DNA of 62,937 nt, filler included, from a bacterium (lineage in GTDB: Bacteria; JBDRGX01), in the NCBI GenBank assembly GCA_043817485.1. It is 6 parts of 6 records of this genome, joined end to end, with 100 filler letters (N's around TTAATTAATTAA, not from the genome) between each part and the next. Parts side by side here need not be neighbours in the genome. Positions count along the whole stretch, not along the records: positions 37,180 to 50,964 come from JBDRGX010000054.1; 5 more parts are not named here. The stretch is one strand, 5' to 3'. The position numbers and the translations under genes are program-made. Each line of letters begins with the position of its first letter. The first letter of the stretch is position 1. The notes beneath the pieces are model-generated. The model made no database searches. It saw nothing but the letters and a program-made list of their open reading frames with translations, and was not told the DNA's origin. This document shows positions 37,306-47,499 of the stretch, piece after piece.

Positions 37306-37887
37306 AAGTAACAACAGTTTATAATTATATCCTAAAGTAATTTTTTTAGTATATTGTTCTATTTCGAATTTTTTTTCAGTATTTTCTACTTCATATTCTT
37401 CTCCAATAGTATGAGATCCAAATATATCTATAATAAATCGAGTATCAAATAATTTTAAATCTTTATAATGAATGCTTTGTATATTTAATCCTAATTTACA
37501 ATCAATATTTTTAGCTTGTCCACAAAGATTATCTAATCCAATACTTGCATAAATAGGACCTCCTCCAAATCGCCATAAAAAGCCTTCTTCTACTTCAATT
37601 AAAATTACAGCTTTATTTAATTCAGAACTAGGTAAAAGAAATACATTAACATCAAAAAAATAAAAAGTAGAAAATAATTTTTGTTGTGTTTTTTTTATTT
37701 TTTGCTCTAATTCTTGTTTAGATAATTTATCCCCTATTTTAAAATCAAGAAAATGTAGAATTACCTTTTCTTGTGTATAATAATTTCCTTTAATTCGTAT
37801 TTCTTTTATTATAAAATCATTTGCTATAATTTGTTTATTTATTAGCAAAAACAAAAAAAATATCAAAAATATTATTTTATTTTTCAT
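37255..37887 (-). pseudogene. POTRA-domain (BamA/Omp85-like) protein, apparently truncated by the IS end
   Basis: Signal peptide, IKEIRIKGNYYT...IL...G...L....F.DV...IEVEE POTRA, start of barrel (NL.G). The last ~16 codons come from the repeat element. Confidence 0.65.
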
Positions 37888-37904
37888 AGTGTATTTTCTT
37901 CTTT

Positions 37905-38570
37905 TTATTTTTTATGTAAAACAGAAATTGTAAATATACCAGTCAAAAATCCTCCTATATGTGCCCAATGAGCAATCCCTCCAGTATTAGATGTAATGAT
38001 TGTTGTAGTTCCATTTAAAAATTGAATTGCAAACCATAAAAAAAGAATTAAAAATGCTGGTAATTCTATAATTTTTAAAAACATAAAAATAGGAACTAAT
38101 GTTAAAATTTTTGTTTTAGGAAATATAATTAAATATGCTCCTAAAACACCAGCTATTGCTCCACTTGCTCCAATACAAGGAATTTGAGAATTTGGATTGA
38201 AAATAATATGAATTAAAGAAGCAATCCAACCACAAAAAAAATAAAATAAAAAATATTTAAAATGACCTAATCTATCTTCAATATTATCTCCAAATATCCA
38301 TAAATACCATATATTTCCAATTAAATGAATCCAACCACCATGTAAAAAAATAGAAATAATAAAAGGAAAAATTAATTTTTTTATATCTATAATATTAAAA
38401 ATATTAGGATGAGTTATTTTGTAAGGAATAATAGCATTATTTATAACAAAATCATTTAATTTAGATCCCATTTTAATTTCATAAATAAAAATTACTATAT
38501 TAACACAAATGAAAAGTAAGTTAATAAAAGGAAAAATTTTTGTAGGTGCTCTGTCTTTTAAAGGAAACAA
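37905..38570 (-). CDS. Rhomboid family intramembrane serine protease
   Basis: MFPLKD, FLHGGWIHLIGN, FGDNIED, GASGAIAG, AHIGGF. Confidence 0.96.
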   Translation of the reverse strand: MFPLKDRAPTKIFPFINLLFICVNIVIFIYEIKMGSKLNDFVINNAIIPYKITHPNIFNIIDIKKLIFPFIISIFLHGGWIHLIGNIWYLWIFGDNIEDRLGHFKYFLFYFFCGWIASLIHIIFNPNSQIPCIGASGAIAGVLGAYLIIFPKTKILTLVPIFMFLKIIELPAFLILFLWFAIQFLNGTTTIITSNTGGIAHWAHIGGFLTGIFTISVLHKK

Positions 38571-38609
38571 AATATACTCCTTTTTTATTTATATTAAGTA
38601 GAACCGATT

Positions 38610-38866
38610 GAAATTTAATATATCATGCCTACGGCATTTGTATTATACAGAAATGATTTTTTCTACCAATATATCATTCCTATGGGACATTTACGAAATG
38701 ATAATTGTTGATAAAGAACATAAACCAATTCATTCCGTTAGGAATAAGATATTGGTAAAAACGAATATCGAAATACGAAAAGAATTTTCAATTTTCAATT
38801 TAAAATAAATTCGAATGTTTTTACCAATAATTCTAACCCCGAAGGGGGGTGGCATTATTGTAGAAA
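38610..38866. repeat. Composite REP/MITE-like element, copy B, plus an extra CCCCGAAGGGG...GTAGAAA unit
   Basis: Colinear with 28869-29070; additional hairpin unit at 38833-38866. Confidence 0.85.
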
Positions 38867-39033
38867 ATTTTCAATTTAAATGTTTTTCCCGATTATTGTT
38901 TCTATGGTAATTTTAAAATTTTCAATTTGTAATTTGTAATTTAAAATAAATTCAAATGACTGAAATCAAAAACAAATTTTCAATTTTCAAATTAAAATAA
39001 ATTCGAATATTTTTACTTACCGTTAAAAACAAA

Positions 39034-39909
39034 TTAAATTTTTACTCCATTTGTTTTTACATATTCTTTGAAAAGTTTAATTAGTTTTACTGTATTAATT
39101 CCAGGTTTTCCATTTCCAATTATTCTTTCATCTATATTTATTACGGGAATTACTTCACAAGCAGTTCCAGTTAAAAAGCATTCAAAAGCATTGTAAAGAT
39201 CATATCTTGTAAGTATCTCTTCTCTAAAAGTTAACCCAATATTTTTACTTAAATCAATAATCGTATCTCTTGTAATTCCTTTTAATGCTCCTAAATAAGT
39301 AGGTGGAGTTAAAAGTTCATTTTTATCATTAATAATAAAAATATTATCTCCAGTTCCTTCAACTACATAACCGTTATTATCTAACATAATTGCTTCTAAA
39401 ACATTCATATTATTAGCTTCAATTTTAGCTAAAATATTATTAAGATAATTTAAAGATTTTATATTAGGATTAAGTGATTCAATAGAATTTCTTCGAGTAG
39501 GAACTGTCATTATTTTTAATCCATTTTTATAAAAATCTTCTGAAAAAAAATGAATTTTACTTGCAATAATAATAACAGATGCTTTAAGACATTTTCGAGG
39601 ATCTAATCCCAAATCTCCTACTCCTCTTGTAACTACTAATCGAATATAACATTCTTGAAAATTATTAGCTCTTACAGTTTTTAAAACTGCTTGTTCCATT
39701 TCCTCTTTATTTAAAGGAATTTTTAGCATTATTGCTTTAGCAGATTTATAAAGTCTATCAATATGCTCTGTTAATTTAAAAACTCTTCCAGAATAAGCTC
39801 TAATGCCTTCAAATACACCATCTCCATACAAAAGTCCATGATCGAAAACAGAAATTTTTGCTTTATCGTCTGCAACTAATTTTCCATCTATATAAATTTT
39901 TAGATTCAT
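39034..39909 (-). CDS. ilvE: Branched-chain amino acid aminotransferase
   Basis: FDHGLLYGDGVFEGIRAY, YIRL.VTRG, KSLNYLNNILA, EGTGDNIF, L.GITR, FLTGTA.EV.P. Confidence 0.96.
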   Translation of the reverse strand: MNLKIYIDGKLVADDKAKISVFDHGLLYGDGVFEGIRAYSGRVFKLTEHIDRLYKSAKAIMLKIPLNKEEMEQAVLKTVRANNFQECYIRLVVTRGVGDLGLDPRKCLKASVIIIASKIHFFSEDFYKNGLKIMTVPTRRNSIESLNPNIKSLNYLNNILAKIEANNMNVLEAIMLDNNGYVVEGTGDNIFIINDKNELLTPPTYLGALKGITRDTIIDLSKNIGLTFREEILTRYDLYNAFECFLTGTACEVIPVINIDERIIGNGKPGINTVKLIKLFKEYVKTNGVKI

Positions 39910-40063
39910 TGATTACCTCCAAATTAAATAAATATTTTGATTTTTTATGTTTATTTTTTTACTTTTTATTTAACAAAAACAATATATTTTGCAATTTTTT
40001 TTTAAAAAATATATATAACGACTTAATTTGTATGTATAATTTTTTTTTTGCCATTATATATAT

Positions 40064-41032
40064 TTACTTATTCTTTTTTATTTTAACTCCTTCTTTTTGT
40101 AATTCTTTTATAAAAAATTCGTTTTTACAGATTTTATTTTTAATTATTAAAGCTGGAAATATAAAATTTTGATAATTTTTTTCAATTATTTCTCGACCTT
40201 TTTTACTTAAAAGAAATTTTATGAAATTTAAAGATATTTTTGGAGAAGATGCATTTAAAGGGATTGTTAAAGCATAAACAATTGGTTCTCCAATTTTTTC
40301 AGACCATTCTCCTATATTTTTACCAGCAATTTTTACTTTTGCTTTTTTATAATATTTTTTATTTTCAATACTTCCAAGATTTATTTCTTGTGGTAATTTT
40401 ACATACTTAAAATTATGTTGTTTGGCAACTGAAAAATATTCAAAAGCATAATCAATATCTTCTTTTTCTAAAAGTGCTAATAATTCTTCACTTGTAGGTC
40501 TTATGAAAGTGCATTTATTATTAAGCAAAACTGAAATATTTTTTTTATAATAAATATTAGATAATTGCCAAAGTATCAATGTTCTATAACCGCAAGGATC
40601 CATATTTTCATTCCCCCTACCAAATTTTACATTTGGATCAAGAAGAATTTGATACCAATTTTGTGCATTTATTTTATTACTAAATTTACTTTTTTTTTGA
40701 TAAGCAATAACCATTTCATTTTTTGCAAAAATTAAATACCAATCTACATATTGAGGCATAAGTAATTCTTCAATAACATCATAATCTGAAACTGCTATTA
40801 AATCTGCTTTTTTATCTAATTCACTTATTTTTCGTGCAGCCATTCGACTACCACTTACTTCTTTTAAAATTTCAATTTCAGGATAAATTTTGTTAAATTC
40901 TATACATAAATTTTGAAAAATAAAAGATAAACTTCCAGCGTAAAATATAGTTAATTTTTCCTTAGCATAAATTTTACAATTAAAAATTAAAAAAGAAAAA
41001 ATAATTATACAAATAATTCTTATTTTTTTCAT
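40064..41032 (-). CDS. wtpA: Tungstate/molybdate ABC transporter substrate-binding protein (WtpA-like)
   Basis: AGSL, E.SGS...ARKI, DPCGYR, DYAFEY.SVAKQH, LP.EINL, I.YALTIP.NA. Confidence 0.85.
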   Translation of the reverse strand: MKKIRIICIIIFSFLIFNCKIYAKEKLTIFYAGSLSFIFQNLCIEFNKIYPEIEILKEVSGSRMAARKISELDKKADLIAVSDYDVIEELLMPQYVDWYLIFAKNEMVIAYQKKSKFSNKINAQNWYQILLDPNVKFGRGNENMDPCGYRTLILWQLSNIYYKKNISVLLNNKCTFIRPTSEELLALLEKEDIDYAFEYFSVAKQHNFKYVKLPQEINLGSIENKKYYKKAKVKIAGKNIGEWSEKIGEPIVYALTIPLNASSPKISLNFIKFLLSKKGREIIEKNYQNFIFPALIIKNKICKNEFFIKELQKEGVKIKKNK

Positions 41033-41039
41033 AAAAAAA

Positions 41040-41897
41040 TTAATACCTTCTATAAAAATGAATACTAAATGAGTTTGAATTTTTGTAATCTTGATAAAAT
41101 AAACTAATATTGCTTTGATTGTTTATTGTATATAAAGTTTGAAAAGAAAAAACATTGAAATTATTATGTAGAGAATATCCAAAATTTAAATTTAATACAG
41201 GTTTAGGAATATAATAATTAAAATTAACATTTTGATAAGTTTGATTAGAAGAAAAATAACGATTAAAATTATAAGAAATGCTTAAAGGCACTTCTTTAAA
41301 TCTTGGACAAAAAGAAAATCCATATTTAAAATTGTTTTGTAAACTGTTTTCATAAGTTAAATTACTTGAAGTTAATAAATTAAGTTTTTCAAATGTCCAA
41401 TTAAAATTATTATCTAAATTATAAGTTTGAAAAAAAGAATTTATGTATTTATTTTCTGAATAAGAAAATGTTTGAGAAAATATAGGAAAATATGATTTTT
41501 TTTCTGTAATTGTATTTTGTTTTTGTGATACAGAAATATTGATATTATCTATCCATTCATGTGTAGTATCTGGTGAAATAATAGAAGAAGTTAAATAACA
41601 ACTAATTTGTTTTCCATTTTCATTTATTGCTCTGATGTCTAAATAAAAAGCTTCATTAGAAAATAAAATAGTTTTAGAAAATTTAGCAGAAGGTTCTTTT
41701 GTAGAAATAGTCCAAATTAAATTTTTCAATTCTTTTTCTTTGAAAATAAGAAGATTATACCATGATGCTTCTTTTAAAGGCATCCAATTAATTATAATTT
41801 CATCTTTTTGAACTACAAAATTTATTTTCCACTGATCACTAAAAATAAATGATAACAAAGAAAAAAAAGATATAATACATATAAAAAAAAATTTCAT
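41040..41897 (-). CDS. Hypothetical secreted protein (FN3-like N-terminus, beta-strand-rich C-terminus)
   Basis: Signal peptide, INW.P...A..Y.L, RAIN; aromatic alternating C-terminus ending in Tyr. Confidence 0.55.
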   Translation of the reverse strand: MKFFFICIISFFSLLSFIFSDQWKINFVVQKDEIIINWMPLKEASWYNLLIFKEKELKNLIWTISTKEPSAKFSKTILFSNEAFYLDIRAINENGKQISCYLTSSIISPDTTHEWIDNINISVSQKQNTITEKKSYFPIFSQTFSYSENKYINSFFQTYNLDNNFNWTFEKLNLLTSSNLTYENSLQNNFKYGFSFCPRFKEVPLSISYNFNRYFSSNQTYQNVNFNYYIPKPVLNLNFGYSLHNNFNVFSFQTLYTINNQSNISLFYQDYKNSNSFSIHFYRRY

Positions 41898-41933
41898 TAT
41901 TATTTTTATTATCCTTATGTTGTTTTACAAAAT

Positions 41934-43010
41934 TTATAATTCTATCATTTCTTTAGGTGATTTAGTTAAAATTTCTATTTTGTTTTTTCCTAAAAATACC
42001 ATATCTTCTATTCTTATTCCACCCCATCCTGGGATATATATTCCTGGTTCTATTGTTACTACAGTATTTTCTTTTAATCTTTCATTATTTTGTTTGCTTA
42101 AATAAGGATTTTCATGAACATCTAAACCAATTCCATGTCCAAGCCCATGAATAAAATATTTTCCAAATCCTTGTTTATCAATAAAATTTCTTGCTAATAA
42201 ATCTAATTTTCCACATTCTATATTTGGTTTTATTTTTTCTAATACTATTTTTTGAGCAGAAAGCACTATGTTATAAATTTTTTTATATTTTTCACTTGCT
42301 TTTCCTAAAAAAATAGTTCGAGTTATATCTGAATTATACGCTTTATAATTTACTCCAAAATCAAATAAAATCATTTCATCTTTTTTTAATTTTTTATTTG
42401 TTGCAGTTGCATGAGGATATGCACAATTTTTTCCAAAAGCAATAATATAATCAAAAGGAATTTTATCTCCACCATTTTTTTTAATAAAATAATCTAATTC
42501 AATAGATACTTCAATTTCTTTTAAATCTGGCTTTATAAAATTAAGTAAATATTGAAATGCTTTATCTCCAATTTTTGCTGCTTTTTTTAATAATTTTATT
42601 TCATCATCATCTTTTACTTCTCTTATTTTTTCTATCAAATTATTTGAAGGAATAAATTTTATGGAATGTAATTGTTGAGATAAGTTTTTATATTCTTGAT
42701 AAGAAAAATAATTTTCTTCAAAATAAAGTTTTTTTATTTTGAATTTTTTAAATATATTTTTCAAAGAATCTGCTAAACTATTTTTACATAAAATTATTTC
42801 AAAATTTTTTATTTTATTTTTAACTTCTTCATAATAACAACTATTAGTAAAAAAAAAGTTTTTTTCAGGAGTAATTAAAATTTTTGCCCAATTTCCAGTA
42901 AATCCAGTTAAATACTGAATATTTTTTAAATTAGAAATAAGGAAATTTATATTTATAATTTGTTTTATTTTTTTAATTCTGTTTTGTAAATGTATTTTCA
43001 TTATTTCCAT
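41934..43010 (-). CDS. Xaa-Pro peptidase (M24B family)
   Basis: YLTGFTG, DFG......SDITRT, HGLGHGIGLDVHE, TIEPGIY, GIRIED. Confidence 0.95.
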   Translation of the reverse strand: MEIMKIHLQNRIKKIKQIININFLISNLKNIQYLTGFTGNWAKILITPEKNFFFTNSCYYEEVKNKIKNFEIILCKNSLADSLKNIFKKFKIKKLYFEENYFSYQEYKNLSQQLHSIKFIPSNNLIEKIREVKDDDEIKLLKKAAKIGDKAFQYLLNFIKPDLKEIEVSIELDYFIKKNGGDKIPFDYIIAFGKNCAYPHATATNKKLKKDEMILFDFGVNYKAYNSDITRTIFLGKASEKYKKIYNIVLSAQKIVLEKIKPNIECGKLDLLARNFIDKQGFGKYFIHGLGHGIGLDVHENPYLSKQNNERLKENTVVTIEPGIYIPGWGGIRIEDMVFLGKNKIEILTKSPKEMIEL

Positions 43011-46000
43011 AAAACTACTTGTTTAATTGTTTTTTTAACAAAAGTTCCATCTGTAATTTGTAAAAGCACTAAATATCTACCATTACAACAAGATTTATTA
43101 AAATCATCTGTTCCATTCCATATTTCTATATATTCTTCAAAAACTCCACAATATTTATTTTCAATTAAAGATTTTACTAATTCTCCTAACATATTGTATA
43201 TTTTTATAGTAATACGAGGTTTTCCTTTTTCACAATTAAGTTTATATTTAATTTGAAGTCCTGATTTATAAGAAGAAAAAGGATTAGGCACTAATTCTAA
43301 TGTTTCAAAAGATAATAATTGTCTTGAGCCCAATAAAACAAATTCTGTAGTTCCAGTAATAGATAAAGAAATATTTTCTGCTATAATTTTATTACCAAAT
43401 ATTTGAGAATTTAATTTTTGATAACTTAAATCTCCACTTTTTTTTATTCCTACAAAAAGGTTTTCTTTATTTTTAATTTCATTTGGAATTACTATAGCAA
43501 CTTTAATAAGCCCTTGATTAATAATAAAATTTTCTGTTCCTATTTTAAAATATTTAGAAGAAATAACAGTATATTTTTCCATTTTTTTTTTCTTCATCTT
43601 TTAAATCCCTTTCTTGTAACCATATTCTTCCAGTTTTATCTTTAGCATCAATATATTGCGTATTAGATAATAATATTTCAAATTTATCATTGCCTAATTT
43701 TTTAATGGAATTTTCAGGAGATAAAAATTGAGATAAAACAGTTACTTTATAAGGAGAAGATTTAATTTTATTGAAATTATCTGTTGCGATAACGGTTATT
43801 TCACCAATAAATCTAAAATCAAATTCATCATGATTAAAATAAAAATAATTTTCTTCATCAAAAGGATTTTGAGTTCTTCCAGAAATTTTTGGCTCATTAG
43901 ACCAAGTAATTAAATTACTTTCCATTGTTTTTCCAGTTATTGTATCTATTGCTTCACAAATAAATTTAACTTTGGGATCAGTGCTTTTTATCATTCCATT
44001 ATACATATTACTATCTCGAATATAAATTTTAAGTTCTTTAGATTCTGAAATAGTAATTTTTGTTTCAGTAATTTTTTGATCTTCTACTTCTTTAAAATTA
44101 ACTTTTGCTTTTAAAATTATTTCTCCTTTTTGATTTGCTTTTATTTTCCCAGTATAACTTTTTCCTGCAATTCCAGATATCCAAGTAATTTGATTTAAAG
44201 CCACTGTACTTTCATTTCCTATTTCCCATTTTACTTCTATTTTACCCTCATTTATCATTTTTTCCATATCAATATTATTGCCTTGTTTATCTAAAGTTAC
44301 TATTTCAAAATTACAAAAGGATTCTTTTCCTAAAATTGGAAAGGAAGGTGTAATTTCTACTTTATCAGCCATTGTTCCCATAGAAATTGTATAAACATTA
44401 CTTTGAAATTTTTTTATTTCAAATGAAAGCCCTGAACATTCAGCTTCTATTTGATAAAATATTTCTCCTTTTTGTACTTGATGTAATGATAAAGGTATTA
44501 TAAAATTACAAAAGCCATCATTTTCTCTTACAATTATCGTTGAAAGAGTTTTCCAATCTGCATTTAATAATGTTTTCCATTTTAAAGTTACTTCAAATTG
44601 TTTGTTAATAAATTTGTCAATTTTAATATTTATATCACCTTTTCCATATTTAACTGATGTATGTTTTAAAGGTAATAAAATATTAAAATTAAAATCATTG
44701 GCATTTATTGCTTTTTCAAGTAATCCAGAAATATATCCTTCTTTATTTGCAGTAATGCTAATTTGATTTTGAGGAATTTTTTCAATTGAATAAAATCCAT
44801 TTATAGCACTTAAACTACTTTTTTCAAATGATAAATTATTAGTTGCTACTTTTATTGTTGCATTAGATATTTCAGTAGTTCCATTTTCTGTAATTTTTCC
44901 AGATAAAGTATAAGAAGTATCAAATGGTGTTAAATAAAAATCTTTATCACTTATTGATTGATTTATAGATCTAAAATCTAATTCTTCTTTTAAACTCCAA
45001 TAACCATCAGCAGAAATAATTATTTGATATAAATCTTTTTTTAAACCTAATTCATAAAAACCAATTGTGTTTGTAAATGTTTCTAAACTTTCATTTGTTT
45101 CTTTTGTAACTATAATTTTAGCAGAAGATATTCTTGTTTTGCTTTTAACATCTAAAATAAAACCTTTTAAAATTATATCTGCAGAAATAAGTTTAAAATT
45201 TAATATTTTTTCATCTTCTGTTTTTAACAAAATAGATTGAGATGTAGAAATATATCCATTAAAACTTGCTTCAATATTCCATAAAAGACCTTCTTCTGTA
45301 AATTCTAATAAAAATTCATATTTGCCTTCATTATTAGTTTTGGTAGAAAAAGTAGTACCTTTTTCATTAATTGCTTTTACTAAAACATTTTCAAGTAATT
45401 GATCATTATTAGCATTTTTAATATTCCCTGAAACAATGGCTGCATTTTCATAAAGAATAAAATCTTTTTGTAAATTTTGTCCAAAAGATAAAGAAATTTT
45501 TTCAATAATTGTTTTAAACCCTGATTTGGAAATTTTAATAGTCCAATCTCGAATTTCAGTAATATTATCTGTTTGAAAAGGCAAGTCCATACAATACCAA
45601 CCATATTCATCTGTAAAAGTTGTTTTTGTAATATTTTCTACATCAAGAGAAGTAAATTCAATTAAAGCTCCAACTATATTTCCTCCACCAAAATTTTTTA
45701 TTTTTCCCAAAAAAGTAGCAGTATTTCTTTTAAGATTTATTGCTTTTGATATATTTGTTCCAATGTTTTGTTGATTTATTTCTATTATATCTTCATTGAT
45801 TTGTTTATAACCAGTTTTCGTAACGGTAATTCGATATTTTCCTATGGGTAATTTAATATCTTTAATTTCACCTTTATCATCAACAATTGTTTCAATAACT
45901 AATATTTCTCCAGGTATTTGATTCAATCTAATATAAGCTCGAGAAATTGGAGAAGCATTAGATATATCTTTTATATATAAATTAAGATTAGCAGTATTTA

Positions 46001-47045
46001 TTTGATATTTAAAGCCAAAAATTTCACTACAAGAAGATTTTTTAGTATTTGTCTCATCTAAAGCCAAAACTTTCCATTTAAATTCATAATTAGAAAGTAT
46101 TTTACTTGCATTTGTTAAAGTAATAGAAGGTTGAGTTGTAAAAGATTCCCATATTTTATTATAAACAGAACTTTCTCCTTCTGTTCCTCCAAGAAAAATA
46201 TAAAGAATAAAATAATAATGAGTAGCTCCAGATACAGGATTCCATGTAAAATCAATTTTATCATCAGCATTATAACCAATAATTGTATTATTTAAAGGAG
46301 AAAGTAATTGTGCTTGTTCTAAATTTATTGGGGAAAAATTTACCTTAAAATCTCTATACAAATTTATTCTAGGAGAAGTCATAACAATTGTATTATCATA
46401 ATTATTTAAAACTACCCAGCTATATTTTCCTCCATGAAATAAAGGAGGTGTTTGTGTATTATTAAATGTTCCAGAAGGATCTAAATCACCATAATTTATT
46501 GTTGATGATGAAGTAATAGCTTGCCATATTGGAGAAATGTTTTTTACTTTTATATTTTTTCCACTTTTATCTAAAGTTATAGGCATATCAGAAACTATAA
46601 TATGATAAAAAGGAACATTTTCAACTTTTGTCCATGAAAAAATTAAAGGTAATTGAGATAAAGTAATAGTAAATAAATCATCGGGTTTATTCATTAAAGG
46701 AACTTGATTAGCATCAATACAAATTCTAAAAATAGTTGAAAAATTATTAGAATCTTTTTGTTTTATTCGAGCATAATAAATTCCAGTTTGAAAATTTACA
46801 TTATTAGGAATAAAAGTTATTTCTCCTTTTTGTGTTTGATTAAGAAAATTAGCACCTTCGAATTCTGGAACTCTTGAATATTCTAAAACACAAACATCTT
46901 CTGTTAATGCTTGCCATTTTATAATTACAGATTCATTTTCAGAAATTGGCAAAAAAGGTGTTTGTAATAAAGGAATTTCTGAATGAGCTAAATTTATTAA
47001 AAAAAGAAATATGCTTAATTTTTTTATAATTTGTTGAATAAACAT
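43001..47045 (-). CDS. Giant secreted multi-domain protein (CarboxypepD_reg/Ig-like repeats, C-terminal T9SS/FlgD-like domain), split by a +1 frameshift
   Basis: ORFs 43554-47045 and 43001-43597 fuse if one A is removed from the A10 run at 43582-43591. Repeated G.I......I..A.I...T...G.Y...GY units; C-terminal PNPFS...KIYNMLGELV...WNGTD...GRY. Confidence 0.8.
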
Positions 47046-47186
47046 TGAATAATCTCCTTTTTTGAATAAACTTGTTAAAGTTTTAAAAAATACAAAAATA
47101 TTTAAAATTGTGTTATAAATATTTTTTCAAATCATTTACCAATAAAGATATTGTTTTTTCAATTTGAATTTTCTCTTACAATTGTC

Positions 47187-47360
47187 TTATTTTGCATCAT
47201 AGAGAACCCTTCCTTCTTCAAAAATACTCTTTACAAAAGAATCGCCCAAGTTTAATTTCTGCTCTATTTCCTCAGATTTGTAGACAACGAAGTCAGTTGC
47301 TAACCTATATTTGATCAGCCTATCCAATTGACGAATCCTATCAACACCAAGAAAAATGTT
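47187..47360 (-). pseudogene. C-terminal remnant of a minimal nucleotidyltransferase (MNT antitoxin-like)
   Basis: DFVVY.SEEIE..L..GDSFVKSIFEEGRVLY motif. The N-terminal GS..RG..SD.D part is missing. Confidence 0.65.
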
Positions 47361-47433
47361 ATTTATGGTTAGGCTAAACGAAGTTGCAAAGCAATTTAGG
47401 TGAATATAGCGAATCATTTAGCCATTGTTATTT
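47361..47433 (-). mobile_element. attC-like recombination site (degenerate) downstream of AIPR
   Basis: Minus strand AAATAAC-AATGGCTAAA...ACTTCGTTTAGCC-TAACCAT: R''-like TAAC box and inverted GGCTAAA/TTTAGCC arms; R' box degenerate. Confidence 0.45.
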
Positions 47434-47499
47434 GCTATTGCGTTTCCTTATCTATTACTACATTCAACATTCCCGGTTTGACCCCAATTTTTCCTTTTT

